Part shown: positions 48,259-59,033 of the stretch, one piece after another
How positions within the stretch are numbered: position 1 is the first letter of the stretch
Layout: each line of letters opens with the position of its first letter
From: Nitrosopumilus sp.
Lineage (GTDB): Archaea > Thermoproteota > Nitrososphaeria > Nitrososphaerales > Nitrosopumilaceae
Assembly (NCBI GenBank): GCA_965205425.1
Contig: CBDBGZ010000009.1
Span: 928,001-992,000 of the forward strand
DNA: 64,000 nucleotides
Direction of reading: 5' to 3'
Program-made: the position numbers and the translations under genes
The notes under the pieces: generated by a model
The model's input: the letters and a program-made list of their open reading frames with translations, nothing else
The model's database searches: none
Told to the model about the DNA's origin: nothing

Positions 48259-49122
48259 CTATGGTTTAACTGGAATTTGTATAAATGGAGTTCCACCTTC
48301 ACCAACTACTAGTGGTAATTTACCATCCCATGCTTGTGTTTTAAGCCATTCCAAGTAATTTGGATTTTCTGCTAGGGCTTTGTTGATAATAGCAATTGCT
48401 TCAGCTTCACCTTTAGCTTCTGCAATGTTTGCATTTGCAATACCTTCTGCTGTAGCTTCATGTTGCTGAGCCTCTACTTGTATTCTTCTCAAGTCATTTT
48501 CTGCTCTTAATGCATTTTGTTCTGCTTCTACTTTAGATTCAATTGCTTTGTTGAATAATACAGAAAATTCAAAATCTGTAATAGAGATTACTTCTGTTAC
48601 AATATCAAATTGATTTAGTCTGTCTCTAATTGCACTTTCAATGTCTGATTTTACTAGAGGTCTTTTTGTGATTAATTCCTCAGCATTGTAATTTGCAGTT
48701 ACTTGTTTTACTGTTTCCTCAATTGCTGGTTGAATAACTCTATTTTCATAATCTAGCCCAATATCTTTGAATAATACGTGAACTCGTTCTTTATCTGGAT
48801 GATAGTTTACAGTAACTGTTGTCTCTACTGATTGAAGGTCTTTTGATGCACTTCTAGTATCTTTATCATACTTCAAAGTACGAACTTCCATTTGTACGAT
48901 ATCATCTTGGAAAGGAACTAGAAAATGTATTCCCTCATCTAATGGAGGTGCAGTAAGATCAACTGCATTCCAATGTAATAGCACTCCTCTGTTACCTGCA
49001 TCTACTATTTTGACTGAGGCTGACACCACAACACCGATTACAATTAAAAGAAGAATTGCAACTAGAATAGCCTTCATTGGACCCATGTTTACATTTACTT
49101 TAGGAGACTGATACTTTGACAA
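48259..49122 (-). CDS. Prohibitin/SPFH family protein
   Basis: RGV, EGIHF, SKDLQ, AEELIT.R, WDGKLP motifs. Confidence 0.92.
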   Translation of the reverse strand: MSKYQSPKVNVNMGPMKAILVAILLLIVIGVVVSASVKIVDAGNRGVLLHWNAVDLTAPPLDEGIHFLVPFQDDIVQMEVRTLKYDKDTRSASKDLQSVETTVTVNYHPDKERVHVLFKDIGLDYENRVIQPAIEETVKQVTANYNAEELITKRPLVKSDIESAIRDRLNQFDIVTEVISITDFEFSVLFNKAIESKVEAEQNALRAENDLRRIQVEAQQHEATAEGIANANIAEAKGEAEAIAIINKALAENPNYLEWLKTQAWDGKLPLVVGEGGTPFIQIPVKP

Positions 49123-49225
49123 TATTTCTAGTACCTATCTTCTATTATTATACCAATCTGATGAGAATTAGTCTGTACTAAGTTTCCCCTTAACAAATTT
49201 ATGCCATTCATACGTAAAATAACTA

Positions 49226-49654
49226 ATGGCAGATCCTAATTTTTCATGGATTTATATCATTATTTTCTTGGCAATCCCCCTAGCAAGAATAATTCCACGT
49301 CTTTTAGCAAAAAGGGGTATAGGAAAAAATTTCATTCAACCACAACGAGAAAAACAATTTGAACCTAGTTTTGTTAAACCTGCTCAAGAACATCCATCAG
49401 AATCTTTTGATCCTCAAATAGATCATTCCAAGCCTCAAACAAAAAATAATCTTGTTTTAGGTGCTCTAAACAGAGGTTCAAAAACATTTGAAAATATTCA
49501 AAAAAATACTGGGCTTGATAATGAAGAACTAGATACAATTCTTGAAGACTTGGAAAAAAATGGATTAATGAAAGTGGTTCAAAAACAAGGAATGTTTGGA
49601 CCAAAAACTGAGATACATCCAACTGATAAAGGATTTAAAGAATATTATTCTTGA
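49226..49654 (+). CDS. Membrane-anchored winged-helix protein
   Basis: N-terminal TM; LEDLEKNGL...TDKG. Confidence 0.75.
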   Translation: MADPNFSWIYIIIFLAIPLARIIPRLLAKRGIGKNFIQPQREKQFEPSFVKPAQEHPSESFDPQIDHSKPQTKNNLVLGALNRGSKTFENIQKNTGLDNEELDTILEDLEKNGLMKVVQKQGMFGPKTEIHPTDKGFKEYYS

Positions 49655-49708
49655 ACCTAGATTTTATAAAAATAAATTTAATTACGTATACTTTATGAAT
49701 ATCTTCTT

Positions 49709-52387
49709 TTGTATAATACTGTGAAATATTATATTTTATTTACTTTATTTTTGATGTCTCTGCTTTCTTTTGTTTCTTTTACATCATCATCTTATGCACA
49801 ATCAAATCAAAATCTTTACGTTTCGGCAGAAAATTCATTATTTGAAAATCATTTTGCAGGTCCAATGGTAATTGAAGTAATGGTTGATGATTCTGATATT
49901 TCAAGTTTAGTTGGTTCGGTACAAGAACCTGATGTGACAATTGATGATAACAAATTGAATATGGTACAATCTGATGATGGAAAATGGTATGGATATTTTG
50001 CAGATAAAAATCAAGCACAAAAAGCTGATTCCTTGGTAGGATTACCTGGATATGGTTTAGATTTTGGCGAATTTTGTAGTAACACTTCTTCTATAACTGG
50101 CTTGAGTCTATTGGAAACTTCTGGATTTATTATTCCAAGAGATATCTCTTCTAGTTCTAATGGTGAAGAGGCATTGGTTACATGCACAGGCGATGTTTCA
50201 TCCTCTGATCAATTAATCAATAATGTTGTTAGAGAAGCACCAACACTAAACACACAATCAAACTCTACTGGACAAACTGGTATTGATGAAGATGTCTGGC
50301 CCTTAATACAACTATTTGATATCAATTCTGGTGATAATGTAACTGTAAAATATGAAAAAGGTAGCACCCAGTCAGTAGAATTAACTTTTGATACTGTTGA
50401 TCAATTCGTTACAATTTCATTAGCTGATACATTTTATCGCCCAGGAGAAAATGTCACTATAGATATCTCAGATCCCATGTTAAACATAGATCCTACTGAT
50501 GAAGATTCTTGGACATGGGCTACAATATCTGGTTCAGATGGATTATTTTACCAATTATTTGATGAGGATGGAGCTCAAGATGCAGATGGAACGTCTGGTG
50601 CAGTAAAAATTAACGATGAACAAAATTTATCAGTATTCATGTTTGATGATAATGGAAGTTTATTACTAAATCCAAATTCACAAAGTGCTTCTGATGTTGT
50701 AGCTATTTTACAAGATAATGACTATACTGTTTTAGAAGACAAGTACACTTCAGATGCTACAATAGATTTAGGAACTGATTCTATAAGTCATGTTAATTAT
50801 CCTATAACACTTACTGAGATGTCATCTAATTCAGGTTCTTTTGTAAATTATGATGCCAATGGTGTTACAAACTTGATAATAAATCCTGAAGCCGAATCTG
50901 GACGTTCTGCTACAATTGAATACAATAAACAATCATCAACTATTCTAGTGAAGAGTGGCTCTCCTCCTACTGCACTAGATTTTTCTGAAAATGTAGACAA
51001 AGATACACCTGTATCATTTACAGTAATCACTGATGATACAGATTTGAATGATGATGTATTACATGTCACAATTTCTGATGTAGATGATCTTGATGGATTA
51101 GCTGTTGTTAATAGTGATGATACAATAACTTTTACTCCTGATTTAGGATTCATTGGTACGACATCATTTGAATATACTATTGATGATATAATTGATGGAA
51201 AAGATACCGGGATTATTACGGTAACTGTGGATTCGATAGCAATTTTGGCATCTATTGATCAAATTTCAGTGTACAGTGATAAATCATCATATGCTATTGG
51301 TGACACCCTAGATGCAAATTGGATTGTTCCTAATGATTCTTCAGTAACTAATTCTACGATTAGAGTTATTTCTCCAATTGGAACTAATGCCCTAAATGAT
51401 GTTACATCTAATAGTTCATCTTACTTGGTTTCCACTGATAATTTTGTTGAAGGTACATACACAATCAGAATTGAACATGGTCAATATTATGGCGAAACAT
51501 CTGTTTTATTTGAATCAAATATTCAAACTACTGAATCCACAACTCTTGAAGAGGAAACTAATGTTATACAGGATTCATGTACTGATAATTCTAAAATTTC
51601 AATACACTTAGATAATACATCATATACTAAAGGTGATACATTATCTGTCTCGACTAAACTCTGTGATGTTATTTCAAATGAATATGTGATTGTACAAATT
51701 TTTGATCCTTTTAACACACAATTGGCAATAGATCAATTTTTACCTGCAAATACTGATTTTGATAAACAATATTCTACTGCTGGTGGATTGTGGAAGTTAG
51801 ATGGAAAACATACCGTCAAAAGTACGTATTTGAGTAATTCAGTGGAATCAACTTTTAATTTTATTATAAATTCTGAAGAAATTCCTTCTGTTGATTTGAC
51901 AGAATCTATTGCATCTTTTGTTGATGAAGATAAAGATCCTCAATATTATGTTGACCGATATAATAATGAAAAATCATACAAAGAATGGTTTGATACCAAT
52001 TATTCTCAGTATGATTCAATCTATCAGGCTGTAGGATTAGATGAATCTGTATCAATTATAAATTCTGATGATACTGTTTCTTCTTTATCTAATGTTGAAT
52101 CAGAATCCGTACCTGGAGATAAAAAACCAACATGTGGTACTGGAACTGAATTAGTAAATGGTTTATGTCAAGTAATTAAAACATCTGAAGAACCAACATG
52201 TGGTACTGGAACTGAATTAGTAAATGGTTTATGTCAAGTAATTAAAACATCTGAAGAACCAACATGTGGTACTGGAACTGAATTAGTAAATGGTTTATGT
52301 CAAGTAATTAAAACAGATAAAAAATCAATACCTGAAGAATCTATTTTTGAAAATATTTTTGGATTTTTTAAAACCTTGTTTAATTAG
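49709..52387 (+). CDS. Large secreted S-layer/adhesin-like protein with Ig-like domain and Cys repeats
   Basis: Signal peptide; YVSAENS...GPMVIEV N-domain; ITFTPDLGFIGTTSFEYTIDD Ig-like motif. Confidence 0.8.
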   Translation: MYNTVKYYILFTLFLMSLLSFVSFTSSSYAQSNQNLYVSAENSLFENHFAGPMVIEVMVDDSDISSLVGSVQEPDVTIDDNKLNMVQSDDGKWYGYFADKNQAQKADSLVGLPGYGLDFGEFCSNTSSITGLSLLETSGFIIPRDISSSSNGEEALVTCTGDVSSSDQLINNVVREAPTLNTQSNSTGQTGIDEDVWPLIQLFDINSGDNVTVKYEKGSTQSVELTFDTVDQFVTISLADTFYRPGENVTIDISDPMLNIDPTDEDSWTWATISGSDGLFYQLFDEDGAQDADGTSGAVKINDEQNLSVFMFDDNGSLLLNPNSQSASDVVAILQDNDYTVLEDKYTSDATIDLGTDSISHVNYPITLTEMSSNSGSFVNYDANGVTNLIINPEAESGRSATIEYNKQSSTILVKSGSPPTALDFSENVDKDTPVSFTVITDDTDLNDDVLHVTISDVDDLDGLAVVNSDDTITFTPDLGFIGTTSFEYTIDDIIDGKDTGIITVTVDSIAILASIDQISVYSDKSSYAIGDTLDANWIVPNDSSVTNSTIRVISPIGTNALNDVTSNSSSYLVSTDNFVEGTYTIRIEHGQYYGETSVLFESNIQTTESTTLEEETNVIQDSCTDNSKISIHLDNTSYTKGDTLSVSTKLCDVISNEYVIVQIFDPFNTQLAIDQFLPANTDFDKQYSTAGGLWKLDGKHTVKSTYLSNSVESTFNFIINSEEIPSVDLTESIASFVDEDKDPQYYVDRYNNEKSYKEWFDTNYSQYDSIYQAVGLDESVSIINSDDTVSSLSNVESESVPGDKKPTCGTGTELVNGLCQVIKTSEEPTCGTGTELVNGLCQVIKTSEEPTCGTGTELVNGLCQVIKTDKKSIPEESIFENIFGFFKTLFN
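52125..52315 (+). repeat. 66-bp coding tandem repeat, about 2.9 copies (PTCGTGTELVNGLCQVIKTSEE)
   Basis: Identical units starting at 52127, 52193 and 52259 (third truncated). Confidence 0.95.
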
Positions 52388-52441
52388 ATGTAATTCAGAT
52401 ATTTTCCTTCTCAAATAGACCTGATTTTAGATATTGGTGTG

Positions 52442-52556
52442 TGCCGGGGGCGAGTTTCGAACTCGCGACCTCCAGATTATGAGTATTGCCTTAGTTGGAG
52501 AACCGTTAGAGTTTACCAAATTAACTGGCACTCTAACCAGGCTGAGCTACCCCGGC
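52442..52556 (-). tRNA. tRNA-Met(CAT), probably elongator, with 40-nt intron at non-canonical position 30/31 (52485-52524)
   Basis: GCCGGGG/CCCCGGC stem; CCAG[intron]A-CTCATAA-TCTGG; TGCC/GGCA central helix of a BHB-like motif. Confidence 0.9.
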
Positions 52557-52599
52557 ATGATATATGGCTAAAAATTTGGGAAATTAAATGATTCTAATT

Positions 52600-54258
52600 T
52601 CATTTTATATCCTTCCATTGGATATTTTCGTTTTTGACCCATAGGAATTTCTTTTGTAATGCTGAAGTATACAATTTTTCCCATTCTGCACCTACTTCAT
52701 CAGTCCATGCTTTGAAAACTCGTGGATCAATGTAATTTCTTAAAGACGTACCAATGTTGTAGTCTTTGGTTTTCTCAGACAGGTCTATTTGTAATTCTAG
52801 TTTTTCTAATCTTTCTTTGTGTTTTGATTTTTGTTTCTTGATTTGCTCATTTAATGTCTTTATTCTTTTAGTTTTACTTTTCTTTTGAATTTCTGTTTTA
52901 GGCTCACTTGATTCTACTTTTTTGAGAGTCTCTTGAGTCTTTTTCCATACTTGATCTTTTTCTACTTTTTTCAAAGTATCTCTTTTCTTTTGTAATGATC
53001 GCTCAAACGTTTTAGGAATTGTTCTTTTGTGATTACACATCATTGCAGCTTCTAGATTTGCTAATTTTGCATGATATAATTTCTCAGTAGTAGATTTTCC
53101 TTTCATATTGTCATGTTTAACAAGATAGTCTTTGACAACTGTTGTAGCTTGATATGTTCTAAACACTTTGGCAGTTACACCTTTTGCAATTCCTGAAAAA
53201 TACTTGTTTACATCTCTAGATGTAATGTTGTGAAAGATCTCTTCATTTGGTTTCTTTTTTTCAATTAATTTTTTGAGATTTTCTTGAAATTGTTTATCAT
53301 CTCCTACTGCCTTTAGAGTTTCTTGCCATCTTACACTATCTTTTCCCAAAAAGTCAAACTCTATTGTATCTGCAGTAATCTTGATGTGTTCTTTTCTTAG
53401 AGTTGTAGCACCTACAGTATCTGCCTCATCAGGATCTTTTTCGTCTCCTACTCTCATTGCAGTTCTATAAATTAAATAACACGCAGTAGCAACGTTCTTC
53501 TTTTTTGAATCTTTCATATCTTTGACCATTGCTTTTTTTATTTTTTCAATCTGATTTTCAAGATTGACAGCTTTCTCGTACTTTTCTTTATCTCTACCTT
53601 GTTTCAAATCAGAACTATCTGCAAGCCAAACATACTTTCTTTTCTGTGTAAGAAAATCCATCCAACTAGCTAGCCACATTGAATCTTGTTCATGTACAAT
53701 TTTACCCCATTCCCCTTTCATCGTCTTTTTTGCTTGTTTGTCCATGTTCAAAGTGACATCTTTTGAAGTTACAGGCGGTTTCCATTTTCCTCTAAGTGGA
53801 TGTTCTCCTCTTCCAATGAAAATACCTGGAGGTTCTGCCATGTAATTTCCAACTTCTACTTCTTTACCATCCATTATGGCAATTCCATATTTTGTTTTCA
53901 GCTTTTCACGAAGTTCTTTTCTTTTAGCAGCTAAAGATTTCTTTTCTTCTTTAGTCATCATCTCTTTGAGATCTTTTTCCTTGTCAACTATTTTGTAAGC
54001 ACTTGAAAAATCAATATCGTCATAGGATATTTTTTTAAATTTTGAATCCAATGTTTTAGCAAAATCTGCGGTAAAGTTTTTCTGAAAAACTTTGTCTTGA
54101 GCGTATGGTGTATCTTTCTTTTTTGCCCATTGATACACCATCTCTTCTTGACTGATATTGAGATTTACGGTATCCCCTTTGATCTTTATCTTAATTCCTT
54201 GGGCCTCATATGCAGGTGGAAATAAGATTCCGTTGTGTTGTAGAGTTTTCCATTTCAT
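52600..54258 (-). CDS. top1: DNA topoisomerase IB (eukaryote-like)
   Basis: KWKTLQHNG, EPPGIF.GRGEHP, MRVGDEK, FDFLGKDS, KVFRTY, CNH, NYIDPR motifs. Confidence 0.96.
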   Translation of the reverse strand: MKWKTLQHNGILFPPAYEAQGIKIKIKGDTVNLNISQEEMVYQWAKKKDTPYAQDKVFQKNFTADFAKTLDSKFKKISYDDIDFSSAYKIVDKEKDLKEMMTKEEKKSLAAKRKELREKLKTKYGIAIMDGKEVEVGNYMAEPPGIFIGRGEHPLRGKWKPPVTSKDVTLNMDKQAKKTMKGEWGKIVHEQDSMWLASWMDFLTQKRKYVWLADSSDLKQGRDKEKYEKAVNLENQIEKIKKAMVKDMKDSKKKNVATACYLIYRTAMRVGDEKDPDEADTVGATTLRKEHIKITADTIEFDFLGKDSVRWQETLKAVGDDKQFQENLKKLIEKKKPNEEIFHNITSRDVNKYFSGIAKGVTAKVFRTYQATTVVKDYLVKHDNMKGKSTTEKLYHAKLANLEAAMMCNHKRTIPKTFERSLQKKRDTLKKVEKDQVWKKTQETLKKVESSEPKTEIQKKSKTKRIKTLNEQIKKQKSKHKERLEKLELQIDLSEKTKDYNIGTSLRNYIDPRVFKAWTDEVGAEWEKLYTSALQKKFLWVKNENIQWKDIK

Positions 54259-54335
54259 ATCATTTCACCATAAAATTGTGGACTTTGATGAATTTCTACT
54301 CTATCTGTATATCAATTTAGCGTACAAGTACGATG

Positions 54336-55166
54336 TCAGCTAGAAAAGAGCTCTTTACTCATGTATTTCTCAAATTCCAGGTCTGTTTTCATCTTTTTTG
54401 CCTCCATGAACATGGCCGCATCAGTACCAACCACATATCGTGGCTGCATTTCATCATCATGAATTGCTTTCATTACTACATCTGCAACTTGAGAAGGTGC
54501 GGTTCCCATTTCGACCATCATTTTTAGACCTGCCAAAATATTCTCAGTTAATGTCTTGTATTTTGGGTCTGATTTTGATTCAGAAACTTTCATTGAATTG
54601 AAAAAGTCAGTTTTGATTACTCCTGGTTCAATCAATGTAGTTTTAATTCCAAATTGACCAAGCTCATATCTGAGACATTCACCTAGTCCCTCTAATGCAA
54701 ATTTTGAACTGATATATGCTGGAGATCCTGGAAATCCAATTCGTCCTGCAACTGAACTGATATTAATAATATTTCCAGAGTTTTGTTTTCGCATTATTGG
54801 AGCAACTTCTTGAATAATTCTCACAACGCTGAAAAAATTTGTCTCAAACTGTTTTCTAAAATCATCAACTGATACATCTTCAGTACATCCAAATTGACCA
54901 TATCCTGCATTGTTAACTAGTACATCCAATCTCCCATCTTTTGCAATAACTTTTTTGATTGCAGATATGATTGATTCTTCCTTATCTACATCTAATTCTA
55001 TAACTTCAATTGCAAGGTTCTCTTTTTTTGCAGCATGTTCTAACTCCCCTGCTTTTCCAAGATTTCGCATACTTGCAAATGTGTGATATCCGTCTCTTGC
55101 TAATGACAATGCAGTTTCTAATCCAATACCTGATGAACTGCCTGTAACAAGAGCCACTTTTTCCAT
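54336..55166 (-). CDS. SDR family oxidoreductase
   Basis: TGSSSGIG, NNAG, YISSK motifs. Confidence 0.93.
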   Translation of the reverse strand: MEKVALVTGSSSGIGLETALSLARDGYHTFASMRNLGKAGELEHAAKKENLAIEVIELDVDKEESIISAIKKVIAKDGRLDVLVNNAGYGQFGCTEDVSVDDFRKQFETNFFSVVRIIQEVAPIMRKQNSGNIINISSVAGRIGFPGSPAYISSKFALEGLGECLRYELGQFGIKTTLIEPGVIKTDFFNSMKVSESKSDPKYKTLTENILAGLKMMVEMGTAPSQVADVVMKAIHDDEMQPRYVVGTDAAMFMEAKKMKTDLEFEKYMSKELFSS

Positions 55167-55208
55167 GATAATTCTAAATTCTTGTTATATTTATCCCATT
55201 TTGATTAG

Positions 55209-57719
55209 TTATACTAGTGGTTTGTCTCCTTCAGTAGGATCAATCAATTCCGTTTCTTCTCCACCATTGATTCTCTCTAGAATCTCTAATGCTGAATATT
55301 TGTGGAGATATTCGTTATTATTTCCACATCTATATGAGAACGTACATCTTGGACATCCTGATTCATTTTTACATGGGCATTCTTTTACTATGAACATACT
55401 TCTTTCTAGTGCCTTCTCAAATCTGTCATAGAGGGCTTTACTTGCACCACTACCTCCAATTGCCCCATCATAGATGAAAATCAAGCCTGATGTACCTAAT
55501 GAAATACCTCCTAAATCTTGAGAAACTCCTCCTGTAATCATATTGCTTCCTTCAATTACGACATGTTCTGTTGCATGGTATCCACTGGCTTCAGTATGTT
55601 CTTCATCTTCTGATTCATCCATCACTTTTAGTGGTCTTGGTGCATGAAATACAATTCCTTTAGTGACAAAATCATATTGCAATGGAGTATCTAATTGAAC
55701 TTTTTCTCCCTGTGTAATTTCTTGTCCTAATTCTATATTGACATAACCATACACCTTTTTTTCTATATGTAATTTACAAAATGCAATTTCAACACCATTT
55801 GCTTTTCTTCTTTCGTAAACTGTTTCAATTGTTGGCCATTCTTCTGTTAATGATTTAGTATAGTATGGATAATCTCTTGGGATTCTTTCCAATTTAGCAT
55901 AATTGTTTTTTGGATAATTAAATTCTTTTACCTTGTAACGAATACCTGCTAGAAAATAGATTGCATCTTTGTGTAATTCTTCTAATGCAATTGGTACTAC
56001 TCTATCTCCAACTTTTTTTCCATCTAAGAAAATATCAATTGAATTACCAATACCTCTAATGCTATATTCACTTAACATAGAATTGATTTTGTCAAAATTT
56101 GGAATGATTCTATTATTGAATTCTTTTAGATTTTCATTAATAATATGATGTTCAATTACTTCTTGATGTTCTTTTAATTCATGTTTTGAAATTGGTCTGT
56201 CACATGCCATTGCCAATATTTGAAATTCTTCTACAAATGGATTTTTAGGATCAATGTACGTTTTTTCAATATCTTCAAAATAATCATCAGGGTGATTCTT
56301 GTAATATTGTGATATAGGATCATTCCCTAATGCCAAAAATGCATATCCTCTCTGACCTTTTCTAGCTGCTCTTCCAATTCTTTGAATTAACCTGTTGACT
56401 GGTATTGTAGATGATATTACACAGTCAACATTACCAACATCTATGCCTAATTCAAGCGTGGGAGTACATGAAATTGCTTGTAGTTTATCTTCTTTGAATT
56501 GCCTCTCTACTGATGTTCTATAATTTGCCATCAATCCTGCCCTGTGAACTTTGATATTTACTTTTTGTTTTTTTGCTTGAATTGCTAGTAACTCTGAATT
56601 TAGATGAGAATTACTGAATATCATTGTCTTGTGATTTTTTTGAGTTAGTTTTTTTGTCAACTCCACCATTAAAGCTCTTTGTGTTCTAAGTGATGGAAAT
56701 AACATAGCAAAATCTGTTTTACCTTTTTTACCAGAACCTTGAATTTTCTGCATTTTCTCTCCAAATAATTTTTGGCAGAATTCTTTTGCATCATCAAGAG
56801 TAGCTGATGCTGCCACAAATTGTAATTTATTGGTACAAATCCTCTTTAGTCTTTTGATGATGTAGTGAACATTTGTCCCAAAAATTCCTGAATACACATG
56901 AGCTTCATCTATTACAAGAATTCTAGTTGATGATAATAATGACGAAAATTTTGTTTGATGCCACATGTGATAATGCAAGACATCAAAATTTGTAATTAGA
57001 ATTTGAGGTGGATTATCAATGATTTCCCTTCGCTCATCTAATTTGGTATCGCCATCAAAGACTTTTACTTTAACACCAATCTTATCTGTAAATTTTTGGA
57101 TTTTTGGATATTGATCACGAGATAATGCTTTTGTTGGATATACAAAAATTGCAAAAACATTTCCATTACTTGCATCTTTTTTTATTCTTTGAATCACTGG
57201 AATCAAAAAGGCTTCAGTTTTTCCAGAAGCAGTGGGTGCTTCAATTACCACATTTTCCCCAAATGCAATTTCTTCAATTGCTTCTTCTTGAAATTTGTAA
57301 AATTGTTCAATTTTCAATTCTTTGAGATGCGCTGTAATTGATTCATCTAGTCCTAAATCTTCTACTTTACAGCCCATTTTAGGCTCGGGATTACTCAAAA
57401 CCTTGTATTGTGAAATGTAATCTTTTTTTGAATATAGTATTTCTTCTGTGATTTTGTCTGGCTTGTTCTTCCCAATCATCTCCTTGATTTCGTTTTCTCC
57501 TCTGACAATTCCCTCATCTTTGAGACCTTCAGAAAGTCCACTTTTTGTAACTAATCCTTTATCAAATCTGGATAGAAATTCTAGGAATACCTCATCAACA
57601 TTTTTTGAAAATTCTAAGAGATCTTCAATTCCACATTTTTCGCAAGAAACATGCATTTTTTTGTTGAATGTTTTTTGAATTTCAATTTTTGACTTACATT
57701 TAGGACATGAAAACTTCAA
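55209..57719 (-). CDS. DEAH-box helicase with DUF1998 (Hrq1/MrfA-like)
   Basis: PTASGKT, DEAH, SAT, QRIGRAAR, C-terminal CPC....GCPRC. Confidence 0.92.
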   Translation of the reverse strand: MKFSCPKCKSKIEIQKTFNKKMHVSCEKCGIEDLLEFSKNVDEVFLEFLSRFDKGLVTKSGLSEGLKDEGIVRGENEIKEMIGKNKPDKITEEILYSKKDYISQYKVLSNPEPKMGCKVEDLGLDESITAHLKELKIEQFYKFQEEAIEEIAFGENVVIEAPTASGKTEAFLIPVIQRIKKDASNGNVFAIFVYPTKALSRDQYPKIQKFTDKIGVKVKVFDGDTKLDERREIIDNPPQILITNFDVLHYHMWHQTKFSSLLSSTRILVIDEAHVYSGIFGTNVHYIIKRLKRICTNKLQFVAASATLDDAKEFCQKLFGEKMQKIQGSGKKGKTDFAMLFPSLRTQRALMVELTKKLTQKNHKTMIFSNSHLNSELLAIQAKKQKVNIKVHRAGLMANYRTSVERQFKEDKLQAISCTPTLELGIDVGNVDCVISSTIPVNRLIQRIGRAARKGQRGYAFLALGNDPISQYYKNHPDDYFEDIEKTYIDPKNPFVEEFQILAMACDRPISKHELKEHQEVIEHHIINENLKEFNNRIIPNFDKINSMLSEYSIRGIGNSIDIFLDGKKVGDRVVPIALEELHKDAIYFLAGIRYKVKEFNYPKNNYAKLERIPRDYPYYTKSLTEEWPTIETVYERRKANGVEIAFCKLHIEKKVYGYVNIELGQEITQGEKVQLDTPLQYDFVTKGIVFHAPRPLKVMDESEDEEHTEASGYHATEHVVIEGSNMITGGVSQDLGGISLGTSGLIFIYDGAIGGSGASKALYDRFEKALERSMFIVKECPCKNESGCPRCTFSYRCGNNNEYLHKYSALEILERINGGEETELIDPTEGDKPLV

Positions 57720-57801
57720 GATCTATTTGATGAGAAATGATTACTGATTTATTGTTTAGTGGGTTTTTTGACCCATGACATTATTAAGCTAGAACGAAGT
57801 C

Positions 57802-58590
57802 TTGAATTTAAAAATGAAAAAAATAGAATTAAACAAAATTTACAATAAAAACTGTATTGAAGGAATGAAATTAATTCCTAAAAACAAAATTGATCTCGTA
57901 ATTACTGATCCTCCATTTGCCATAAATTTCAAGGCTAAAAAAGCAAATTATAATCGAACTTCATCCCGAGTTCTATCTGGATATAATGAAATCAAGCCTG
58001 AGGATTATTATGATTTCACATTTGCTTGGATGAGTGAAGTATTTCGAATTCTCAAGGATTCAGGAAGTATGTATATTTTTTCAGGATGGAATAACCTCAA
58101 AGATATTTTACGTGCTTTAGATGATGTTGGTTTTACTACTGTTAATCACGTGATTTGGAAATATCAATTTGGAGTAGTTACAAAAAGAAAATTTGTCACT
58201 TCACACTATCATTGTCTTTATGTTTGCAAGGATGATAAGAAACGAAAATTTTTTCCATTTTCAAGATTTGAAAAAGATGAAAAAACAAAAGATGGGCGTA
58301 GTCTTCATTACAAAGACAAAGAAGATGTCTGGGATATCAAAAGAGAATATTGGACTGGAGATGAAAAAACTCCGACAAAACTTCCATCTGAAATAATAAA
58401 AAAATTATTGGAATATTCTAGTGAAAAGAAAGATGTTGTATTTGATCCATTTCTTGGGTCTGGTCAGGTAGCAGTGGTTAGTAAATCTCTAAAAAGAAAA
58501 TACCTTGGTTTTGAAATAGTATCTGATTATTACAAATTTGCTAAAAAGCGACTTGACACTGATACTTATCGAATCAAAAAATCAAAATAG
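57802..58590 (+). CDS. Solitary N6A/N4C DNA methyltransferase (beta-type motif order)
   Basis: TDPPF precedes DPFLGSG. Confidence 0.9.
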   Translation: MNLKMKKIELNKIYNKNCIEGMKLIPKNKIDLVITDPPFAINFKAKKANYNRTSSRVLSGYNEIKPEDYYDFTFAWMSEVFRILKDSGSMYIFSGWNNLKDILRALDDVGFTTVNHVIWKYQFGVVTKRKFVTSHYHCLYVCKDDKKRKFFPFSRFEKDEKTKDGRSLHYKDKEDVWDIKREYWTGDEKTPTKLPSEIIKKLLEYSSEKKDVVFDPFLGSGQVAVVSKSLKRKYLGFEIVSDYYKFAKKRLDTDTYRIKKSK

Positions 58591-58591
58591 A

Positions 58592-58939
58592 TTATTCTTT
58601 TTTTTCAGATTCATCTGTTCTTTTTTGACCCATCTTCAATGCAATATCTTCTCTTAATTCATCATCTGTTTTACCTTCAATTTTTACTCCTGCTGATTTT
58701 GCAATCATCTCTAACTTTTCTCGTTCTGTTTCTACAGGTCCTGAAATTTTAGGTGTCTCTTCTGTTGCTTCTTTTATCTGACCTTGAATTTCATTTTTAG
58801 CTTTGTTGTATTCATTTACAGCTTTTCCCATTTTCCTTGCTGCTCCTGGGAGTTTACCTGTACCTAAAATCAAAACAAGTGCAACAAAAATAATGATCAT
58901 CCATTCACTTCCTCCAATATTTAGTGAATATTCAATCAT
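58592..58939 (-). CDS. tatA: Twin-arginine translocase TatA/E subunit
   Basis: GGSEW...LILGTGKLP..AR..GKA. Confidence 0.88.
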   Translation of the reverse strand: MIEYSLNIGGSEWMIIIFVALVLILGTGKLPGAARKMGKAVNEYNKAKNEIQGQIKEATEETPKISGPVETEREKLEMIAKSAGVKIEGKTDDELREDIALKMGQKRTDESEKKE

Positions 58940-59033
58940 GTTTTGTTATTCTTCAAATTGAAATTAAACGTAATGTTCAAGATTTACGCCCGAATAATCA
59001 ATTTCATCATCAAATATTGTGTATGGGGGCTAT

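Noticed and set aside
43771..52556. Integrated element at either tRNA
   Set aside because: No duplicated tRNA 3' end and no integrase seen
52600..54258. Eukaryote-like topoisomerase IB as a novelty
   Set aside because: Established hallmark of Thaumarchaeota
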